From assembly GCA_001642005.1 (NCBI GenBank), contig LWCA01000033.1, positions 7,891-71,890 on the forward strand: 64,000 bases of DNA, read 5' to 3'. The notes beneath the pieces were generated by a model. That model was not told the origin of the DNA. It did no database searches and saw nothing but the letters and a program-made list of their open reading frames with translations. Each line of letters starts with the position of its first letter. The stretch's first letter is position 1. Origin of the DNA: Intoshia linei. Its lineage: Eukaryota > Animalia > Orthonectida. Below, one piece after another: positions 54,970 through 64,000 of this stretch. The position numbers and the translations under genes were made by a program.

Positions 54970-55181
54970 AATTCAATAAATATAATACAAAAATCAGTAT
55001 TTGGGTGTGATGAAAATAGAAAAATTGGCAGTTTTTTGTATTCCGACATCAATAGATTAGTCGTTACTGGTGTCGACATTCAATTCATTTCTTTGGTAAA
55101 CGAAGTTACCTCTGAAGCATTACGTAAGGCAGTACAGTTAGCTATTGAAATTACGACGAAATCACAAGAAAGCGAGGCCAA
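54970..55181 (+). pseudogene. MVP: Major vault protein exon (shoulder domain to cap helix) in a decayed/truncated MVP locus spanning approx 54340-55430
   Basis: AG/GT-bounded open exon [71 protein letters not shown] versus MVP NSARIIRTAVFG...[44 protein letters not shown]. Flanking remnants YLVSTVGEYI and SKVESTA carry stops/frameshifts. Confidence 0.85.
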
Positions 55182-55748
55182 GTAAAACTAAGTATTTTTT
55201 AAATATTGCGTGAATCTGGTGGTTTCGAGTAAAGTCGAGTCCACAGCAAATAATGAAAAATAGGCCCCCAAGAAATATTTCGCAAACCATGAATTTGACT
55301 AGACTTTGACTTGAAATTTTATATTCAACGCACACAATAGTTATGATATTAAAGAATATATTTTTTAAATACTCAACTTGAATAAATAAGATATCCATTT
55401 TACAAAAAGTTCATCGAGGTCGATATACGTTAAATTCAGTACTGGTTCCCATCATTTTGTGATAGATTACACATATAACACTAATTTGGCTCATTATTAG
55501 TTAATAGGTGAGCCGTATGTTAATGTTGCAAAAAACATAAAAAAATGCATTAATTATGAAATAAAAATAATTTTGTAATTATTGATTTTCAAATGTAATT
55601 TAAACTTACATTTACTTTATTACATTTTATAATACAATATAATGTATTTTAATTTCACTCTGACTTTCAAAACCAAAAATATATAATAAATAAGATTTTA
55701 TTAGATGTAGAAAATTTTAATTTTTCGACATATACTTTATTATACAGT

Positions 55749-56240
55749 ACTAAGTTACCTGTTATGTATTACGTACAAACAGCACCTAGCTCTGCCGAGC
55801 GTGCATTTTTAATATACCAAAAAAATAAATTCACGTTGAAAATCTAACTATTATTCACTATTATCAATCATTTACAGGAGTGATTCCCAAACTTGTTTCA
55901 CGTAGAACCGTCATATCATATTACTTTTTACTTTAAAGTGAGTTATTCCATATTAATTTTTTTAATTTATTAGGCGGAAAGTGTGTATGATATTAAAAAT
56001 AAAGTAAAAGTCCAATCCTAAAAATTATCATAAATAGCATAAATTCTAGAAAAAATAAAACCTATTTTATCATTTTCAATGTGATGAATCATCATTCATC
56101 ATATATTCAGTATCAATTTAATAGATATTTAAAAATACCAATTATTTATCAATAATTAACGGAATCTTCAGTTTATAAACAAATTTCAGGCGAATTTTAC
56201 CAATATTGCAAAGGATTGTAATAAATATAAAAATGATACC
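55749..56240 (-). mobile_element. Helitron-family 3' portion
   Basis: actaagttacctgttatgtattacgtacaaacagcacctagctctgccgag matches 41931 and 10803. The internal part also matches 29925-30130. Confidence 0.65.
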
Positions 56241-56535
56241 AAAGTTATATTACTTTTAGTTTTGTTGTGTACTGTCTTGTTAATGTCAGACTTCTCAATA
56301 CCACCACTATATTTCAATTTTATAACAAACTTTGGAAATACCATCTTATTATTTTATTACTACTTATTCATACATAGTAATTGTATCCATGATCTATAAA
56401 GTTATAGTATAAACTGGTCCCCAAACCGTGCGTTGCAACAATAAACAGTTTGAAAACCACTGCGTTATACTTTCAAATTTGAAGGTCGCCTGAGCGTATT
56501 AGTATAAAAAATTTAAATCATTTTAAAAATATAAA

Positions 56536-56739
56536 ATGAACAAATTAAAACAAAAACAAAATGATTCTATAAAATTTAATAAACAAGAAGATACAATAAA
56601 CATTGATAAACAAAACCAAAAAGTAGAAATTGAAATGGAACTTATTACTAATGTTATAGATATATTACAGCCACAAGTTTTAATTAGCCTGTGGAATATA
56701 GATAAGGAAGAAAAAATACATTTATATATTCCAATATAA
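56536..56739 (+). CDS. Hypothetical short ORF; a second exon-like segment follows at 56777-56887
   Basis: 67-aa ORF with a coding-like amino-acid composition; no family recognised. Confidence 0.25.
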   Translation: MNKLKQKQNDSIKFNKQEDTINIDKQNQKVEIEMELITNVIDILQPQVLISLWNIDKEEKIHLYIPI

Positions 56740-57046
56740 TATGAATATATAATTTACAATCTAATAAACAATTTAGATGGAAAAATTGAAATCCTTGCGT
56801 TTCGACAAATTAATAATAGACAATAATACTTCAAATATAGAAAATAAGTTTCATTTCATGCCTAAAAGAAAAAAATCTCTAATTTAATTAAACATTTTAA
56901 ACGATAATTTGTGATTCAAAAAATAAAGTTTCATTTAATTTGTTTGCTCATTTGATATTACTGTTGCAAAGTAATCCAAATACATTTTGTTTTGAAATCT
57001 CATTCTAATAAATTATCAAAATTCGAAATTTTTTTTAAAATAAGTA

Positions 57047-58049
57047 ATGAGTACCCATGAAGGAAGAATAAGATCATTCCCACATAAAATAGGAGATTGG
57101 GCTTATTCGTTTTATGCAAACGGTAAGAAATGTATTACATCAAGTTAATAATCCTAGTTACCGACCAAGTTGATGAAGACTATATAAAATTTGTTAGTGA
57201 TGAATTATTAGAAAATTTAAACAGTAACTACAAAATTGAATTTCAAAAAATGTCGGAATTTCATGTAAGTTTTTCCTTTGTCTCCACTATTCGTAATCAT
57301 TGGATAAATGACATCTACAACGAAATTGCATCAAAATTAAAAAATAGAAAAGAGTAAATTTTTAAATGTTTCAGATAAAATTGTAAAATTTTAGGTTTGA
57401 CATACGATTAGGTGAATTTGATGTATTCGTAAATGATGAATTAACTAGGTAATATTTGTTAAGTATAGTCAAAATAAATCAATAATTAGATCATTTTTAA
57501 TTGTAAAAATTTATGAAATGAATCATGGCCAATTACAATTTATTACTAAAAACATTTACAACGTATTGGAAAAATATACGTGTATTGAAAATTACCAAGT
57601 AACCAATAAATTACCCGTTTAATTTAAAAAATTAGAACAAAATTCATCATATCAGTTTAGCTTGGTGTCTAGGAAACATTTATGAGACTTGTCCCAATAT
57701 TTCAAATTATATGGATGAATTCAATAATGTAATATTGACAATATAATTTTTGTAAATTATAAATAGACTTTTATTAATACGTATTGCAAGCCGCTGTGAC
57801 CGAGTGGTTAAGGTGATAGACTTGAAATCTATTGGGGTTTCCCCGCGCAGGTTCGAATCCTGTCGGCGGCGTTTTTTTTTGTTTGTTAATTTATATATTA
57901 TTATTTCGAAACGCAATTAATTTTTATTTTAGGAACTTTACGCACGACAAGATGACAAATATTCAGATATTGATGTTTATCCCATGATAAAAATTTCAAA
58001 TGTATATTTTAAAGCTGGGAATGTCACATTAAGTTTGAATTTGAATTAA
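57047..58049 (+). CDS. USB1: U6 snRNA phosphodiesterase USB1 (2H family), 6 exons
   Basis: MSTHEGRIRSFPHKIGDWA matches the USB1 N-terminal motif. Two HxS motifs (FHVSFS, HHISLAWCLG), FVNDELTRSFL, and C-terminal VYFKAGN. TAA 58047-58049. Confidence 0.92.
57790..57871 (+). tRNA. tRNA-Ser (anticodon UGA)
   Basis: Acceptor stem GCCGCTG/CGGCGGC, D-arm with TGGTTAAGG, anticodon arm ATAGA-CTTGAAA-TCTAT, long variable arm GGGG-TTT-CCCC, T-arm GCAGG-TTCGAAT-CCTGT, discriminator G. Confidence 0.95.
57872..57880 (+). terminator. RNA polymerase III oligo-T terminator
   Basis: T9 immediately after the tRNA discriminator base. Confidence 0.8.
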
Positions 58050-58096
58050 ACTTGTAAGATTTAATTTAAAATTTTTTTTTATTTTAATTAAATGAT

Positions 58097-61000
58097 TCAA
58101 TCAAAATTCTTAAAACTCTTGAAACTGACGGATTTTTGTATTCCTTTTGCATCATATTTATTTGCGTTTAATGTGTTGTAAAAATTTGGTGCTTTTAAAC
58201 CCGGTTTGGGTGGTTTCATTGCATATATTTCATTGACTTCGTCTTTTTTCAACTATTATTTTTATTAATACTTATTGATTATGTTTCATTACAACTGGAC
58301 CAGGTAAATTTAGTGTATTGTCGGAAACTGCTGATTTGTTTGATTCAGCTATCGGATACATGTCGGAATCGTCATAGTATGCATTTTTATTTGTGCTCTA
58401 TATTATTGATAATCATAATAATTAGATTACTCGGTATGTCCAATTTCTGTTTAACAATGATGACGACTTATACTTTTTCATTCTAATAATATCATGTTAA
58501 TTTGTATACAGTATAACAAAACTGTTCATAAGTACCCTAGTGATGACTGATCAGTCCTCCCATTTATGCCATTAATTAAAACCAATCTTAAATACAATAA
58601 AAATAGGAATAACCTTCAATTTAATTCATTGAGTATTCAATAAAAATATTTTTAGATTAATTTAAATTAGTGTTTAATTGATGAAAAATTTGCGCTTTTT
58701 TCTAATTATACAAATTTATAAAAAATAATATAATAAATTTTCAAAAGTTGATGGCACATTTAAAAATAATCAATAAGAGTCAAGAAAAATATTAATTTTT
58801 AAAATATGGCCCGCATGATTTAAACCTTAATAATTTCTAGTACCTACAAGTAAAATTAAATTTATAATTATAGTAATTACTATATGACGATAACAAGTAT
58901 GATAAATTTACCCCCAATCTGTATAATCTTTACAGCAGCTTGTTGGAAACCATCCACTTCTAAAAGTATTATTAAGATTATTTCACATAGAGTCGACATG
59001 TTGCTTTTATTGACTATTCTAGGGGTGCACAACGTGCAGCCGTGGGCAATATATCTGATCATAATGCAATATATCATTTTAATTCAAATTGAAAAGTTAA
59101 AATAAGATTTTATTTAAGGTGTATTTAAAATATTTTAATCAAAAAGTTACATTCGTCACTTTGCCTCAGTTTCTCAAATGTTAGCGAAGGGCACACAAAA
59201 TCAAGACAGTCACTGATATCTTTTTTTATGTCTTCCACTCTAATAGATCAACAAATTGGTTTTTAATGGAACTTTTTTCTGTTGTCCAATTATTATTAAT
59301 TATTTACTAAAAATGATTAATGTTTTCTCAAAAAAATATTAGTAAAAAGAGATTTTTTCTTATGGAATCAATCAGAAGAATTATTGATCTAAAAATTTGA
59401 TAAAATGGGATTTTTTTTGATAAGGATTGGTAAAATTTTGTTTTTTCTTTAGGAATCAGATAGGGTAGTTTTTATTCTAAAACTTTGGTAAAAATATTGT
59501 TAAAAAGGGATTTCTTCCTTAAGGGTTGGTAAATTTTGGTTTTTTCTTTAGGAATCAGATAGGGTAGTTTTTATTCTAAAACTCTGGTAAAAATGGATTT
59601 TTAAAAAAAATATTGATAAGAAGAGATTTCTTCCTTAAGGGTTGGTAAAATTTTTGTTTTTTTTAATAAGATTATATTAAATTGGATGATTTAATGAAAT
59701 ATGTTGAAAATTGTAGATTAGCCTACATCATCTAAATTTTCGTATTCACCCCCTGGGGTGACCAGTCACCCTCATGAGAAGCACTGCATTAATTCTACTA
59801 TTGCTATTTATTCGGATTCAGATAAATGACAAATGTGGTGTTAATTTATATGAGTGAATTAAGGATTAATTTTAATTGAAAATTATTAATTAAAACTTGC
59901 TGATATTAAAATTTAAAAAAAATTATTTTATTGGACCTAAAATTTAGGTCCAGAGTAAATTTTTTCAATGTCGAAGTAAATTTTGTGCGGCCTTAGTATC
60001 AATGAGAAAAGTAGCATTGTGACTGAATTGGTGGAAAGGTTGTGCACCCCTGGACTATTCACTTTATCAAAAGACATTATCATTTCTGTGGACGTGTAGT
60101 TCTAACGCACACGGTATGTATGGTGTAAAATGTAATGTAAACTAACGGGCATCACACTTTAAAACAATTAAGATTTTATTGTTGCTAATACATAATAATA
60201 AACATGTTCATCTTTTTACTAAATTATAAAAGTAAAACTTAAACTTATAAAACTACATAATTTAAAAAAATATTTTTTCATCAGATCAATAAACAATACA
60301 AATGTAGACGAAATTACGTATTTTAAAAATTCTAATCAATATATATTACGACTGAGTTCTTAAATTTACTCCATGTTGCCACCCATCACTCTTCCTTGAA
60401 CTAGTTGCTTGAATTATGTCGGTTTTTACCAATAATAGTTGATCCATTCCAACTGGACTAAAATCGTCGATTACAATATACAACACTGCAGTTGATTCTA
60501 CAATATTAAAATTATTGATATTTTTAATCAATCTTGTTTAAATTTGCAATTATTTCAGGACCAGGTAAATAACCATACCAGTGTTATCTTGAAAGTAAAT
60601 CTTTAATCTGTGAAATCTTCGATTAATAAATTTTTTAAATATCTACAGTTAATCAATATTTCTTAATTTTTTGCTAATTTAGCATTCCAGCCGTTATTTT
60701 AAATGTTTAATATCAATGTAGTAACATACTGTTTATCTTTTTTATCTATATTGTAGAATCTACAAAAATTTAAACAGCGTTTCTCAAAAATTTAATTTAT
60801 CAGTTTTAATTATTAGAATAAAGGCCAATTAAAAATTTCAAGTAAATGTTATATACTTTTTAAATGCAATAATATCTATCTAAAATTTGATAAGCCTACC
60901 GTAAAAAATATAAGATCCTTGAAGCCTGGAATAGATTGCATCAATAATTATTTTTATTATTATTCTATGTAATTGTGATATGTAATAATCTGATAACCTT

Positions 61001-63602
61001 TCAGGTTTTAACTTTAAATGAATTTAAATGTTTAAGTTTTTAACGGACGTTTTTAAATGGAGTATAATAATAAAAATAAATACTCATTAATAAATAATAA
61101 ACCCAGTTCGTTAATACTTTGAGCATCGGAAGATTCAGTCTTATTTATATCAGAATAATTACTTGAAGATGTCGAGTTAATAGATATTTGCTAAAAATTT
61201 ATAATTTATAAATATTACATCATTTTTATTTAACAGAATTTTATGTCAGGGTTTCCGACACAAAGCTATTTGCTCTTATGGAGGGTAAAAATTATATTCC
61301 AGGTTTCTAAATTATTTTTTAAATTTTTTGTTGGTTAACTTTCCTTTAACGCTATAAAATTTTTATGCTTTATAATTATTACCCGATATTTAGTCAATAT
61401 TTCCTCAATGTCTGGTGTAATAATGTTTGGTTTACTTAAATTATCTGACCATCTATCAATTTTAATTTCAATTTCCATTGAGGCCTAAATTATATTTATG
61501 TTTATCCTCTCTTAAACAACATGCTTAAAATGTTCGCATAACCATTTAGATTGAAGAATTATATAGTTAAAAATTGAACAATATCTCCGTTTTTCTTCGC
61601 TCAAAGCCTATAAGTTTATATAAATAAAAATGTAATATTAAATACATAATGTTATTAATATTTAATAATTTTTAAGACACAAATATATACATTAGGGCAG
61701 TGGTTTTTAACCGGGGGTCGCGACCGTTAGGGGGGTCGTGAGAATTTGAACAATGTATAAAATATAAATAAAACTGAATATGCTTTTTCATTTAAAGTTC
61801 GAGTTCGAGAATTTAAAAAAATATATACTCTGCTACAAATTCTAAAATCATAAGTATTATCATAAATTTAAACAAAATATATCTTCAGGGCTAAAACCCC
61901 AAATTACCTTTTTTTTTAAAGAAAACAACCCTATAATTTAAAAAAATTTCAGGTGGTACAGTTATATCCTGTTAACACATAGAAAAAAATTTATTCTAAA
62001 TAAGTGACGCCTTCACGATCAAAAAAGCATTTTAGTATTTATATATTTTTTTCCAAATACAATTTTATTAAAACAAAAAATGTGACATAATTAACGATCC
62101 GAAAATTAAAAAAAAAATATACGTTAAACAAAATACAGTTTAACACATTATTATTACTAATAATTTAGTATAAGAAAATTTTACTTGATAAAAACTTTTA
62201 TATCTCATTTCATTCAATCTATGTTTTTGATAAGACACTTTGTTGTTCATCTGAAAATAATGACTAAAAAAGGTATTTATAACTCGTATTATACTTGTTG
62301 AAATATGTTGTCATAGCTATATGTATTTCTGCGACCTCGCTTGTACTTTTTGACAACTTTTTCGTATTTTGACAACATATTTTTTTCCTTTTTATCCTCC
62401 TTTTGATATTCTTTTAATTTCGACTATTTTAAATACAACAATATGTAAAATTCTATTAACCAGTAAATGACTTATGTCCCCTTCTTGACAACGTTCATTA
62501 GGGTTAATTATTTCACATTTAACAATTTCATTCTAAATTAAATCAAATACATTATACTTCATCCATTAAACCATTATTGGGTCTTAATTTACATAATGTT
62601 GGTATATTCGAGAATTTGACGAAATAAAACAATTATATAAACAATATTGATATACATTGTACTATGTTTCATATCTTGGTTCACCGGTTAATAAAAAAAC
62701 AAATAAACTTTTTAAAAAAATGATGGTGATTTAGAGCAGTGACCACCAAACTACAGCCCGTGAATTACAAATCTATAACAAAATACACCGGTGAGATCTT
62801 ACAAATTATCATACATCAAAACTTAAATTTTAAATATATAATAACGACTTGTCATTTCTAGATCAGGAGAAACTTATTAATTCATTAACTTAATTTTAAA
62901 TCGTAATTTAAAATACCGTCATGTATATTTTCCATTTGGCCCGCGGATTTTTTTTTAGTTATTCCGGCTCCAATGTCAAAAAGATTGGTGGCCACTGATT
63001 TAGAGGATTGGTGAACTACGGAACTGCTGAATTGTATTGACAATGTATTTATTTATTTTAATTTCAGATTAAATAGTTACATTTTTTTCAATTATGGATA
63101 TAATTATCCCTAAAGTATCGAAAATTTCCATAAGAGAACTGGCCAAGTGGCTCATTCCATTTTTACTCTCTTTTGCACTAAGCGATAAATTTTTGATAGA
63201 TTCTTTCATTGTTCGCAAAGATTTAACATATCCTATGGTAAAAGTTTAAATTACGTCAAATTAATTCAAAATTTTTTCGATTGTTTCGATGTTTGTCATC
63301 CTTCCAGGATGGTTTGACAAAATCAATTTTGATTTTAAAATAAAATTTCAAAATTACTTCAAACAGAGAAATTGTCGAAAAAATTAAAAAAAACTACTAA
63401 ATTGTAGAATAGTAAAATTGACCTGTCGTTGCTTTATAAAGTCCATTCAAAGAATCAACATAATCTTTTACGGCAGGGTTAAAAGAATGTATCAAATGCT
63501 AAATTTTAATAATTTAATTTGTTTATTTTATCAAGTTAATCAAATTACTGTGTATGAATTTAAAATTAAATAATTTAGTTTATCTTGAGAATTTTCAGTC
63601 AT
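58097..63602 (-). CDS. BAIAP2: IRSp53/BAIAP2-family I-BAR (IMD) + SH3 protein, multi-exon
   Basis: ATG 63602 MTENSQDKLNYLILNSYT/HLIHSFNPAVKDYV; ALSEEKRRYCSIF (IRSp53 ALTEERRRFCFL); KIDRWSDNLSKP; SH3 DIIQATSSRKSDGWQHGVNLRTQ/SGWFPTS. Last exon ends TGA at 58097. Some middle and 3' exon boundaries are uncertain. Confidence 0.85.
59020..60052. mobile_element. hAT MITE with nested repeats, in the intron splitting the SH3 domain
   Basis: TIRs taggggtgcacaac / gttgtgcacccctg; perfect TSD gactattc (59012-59019, 60053-60060). Confidence 0.85.
61800..62110. mobile_element. Helitron-family internal fragment
   Basis: Matches 53280-53660 (tcttcagggctaaaacccc, ttcacgatcaaaaaagcatt). Confidence 0.55.
62737..62997. 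mobile_element. hAT MITE
   Basis: TIRs cagtgaccaccaa / ttggtggccactg; perfect TSD atttagag on both sides. Confidence 0.88.
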
Positions 63603-63761
63603 TTATAAAAAATTATTTATGAAAAATATTTAATATTTCGAATTTATACAAATTTGACATTACTATTAATTCCAACTCTCTTTTAATCAATACAAGATAA
63701 TCAATTTGCAGAAATTTATTATTATTTATTAATATATTAAACATTATATGTATACAAATAT

Positions 63762-64000
63762 TTAAAATTTGTATTGCATACAATAGTTGCAATTGGATGT
63801 CATTTTGTCTGTTAAATTCCAAGAACTAATGATTATTTAATTTAATTATAAATAATAATAATAATTTAGTCAACAATTTATCGAGTTCATAAGAATTGCT
63901 GTAAATAGTTTCTAGATAGAGATACTAGAACTGGGTAAACTGGGAGTGACTACATATGTAGTCATTGGCCGCTAATCGGAAAACAACATTAATAAGTCCA
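63762..64000 (-). CDS. 3' end of an unidentified spliced gene entering from the right edge
   Basis: Phase-compatible exons give GLINVVFRLAANDYICSHSQFTQF/YNSYELDKF/SWNLTDKMTSNCNYCMQYKF* using two short GT-AG introns. Confidence 0.4.

Noticed and set aside
55162-55398. 78-aa hydrophobic minus-strand ORF
   Set aside because: Antisense to the decayed MVP sequence.
57790-57871. Possible selenocysteine or suppressor tRNA
   Set aside because: The anticodon is UGA (reads UCA, Ser), not UCA; standard 7/5 stems.
57707-57916. 69-aa minus-strand ORF
   Set aside because: Antisense shadow of the tRNA-Ser gene and USB1 intron.
63613-63822. 69-aa ORF ending 10 nt before the IRSp53 ATG
   Set aside because: TTG start and low complexity; a different frame gives a splice-phase-consistent terminal exon ending at 63762.

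Overview
Very AT-rich eukaryotic (metazoan) genomic DNA. Spliceosomal introns are either tiny (about 30-50 nt) or kilobase-sized and filled with transposon debris. The architecture resembles a reduced parasite genome such as the orthonectid Intoshia (inference only). Intron-containing genes reconstructed by eye: rootletin (-, 3' end runs off the window), a C2H2 zinc-finger gene (+), SSRP1 (+), FoxJ2/3 (-) with an intronless NTF2 gene in one intron, p120-RasGAP/RASA1 (+), USB1 (+) with a tRNA-Ser(UGA) gene in its last intron, IRSp53/BAIAP2 (-), and the 3' end of an unknown gene at the right edge. Non-genic DNA is dominated by a non-autonomous Helitron family, Buster-type hAT elements/MITEs with 8-bp TSDs, a Sola2-like transposase relic and foldback elements. 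Less obvious items that the ORF track misses: an intact major vault protein exon in an otherwise decayed MVP locus, a serpin reactive-centre-loop fragment embedded in a Helitron, an inverted copy of a RasGAP exon, and a tandem pair of decayed multi-pass membrane (7TM-like) genes whose shared exon is far more diverged than its non-coding flank. All exon boundaries and family calls come from manual reading and remembered motifs; no searches were run.
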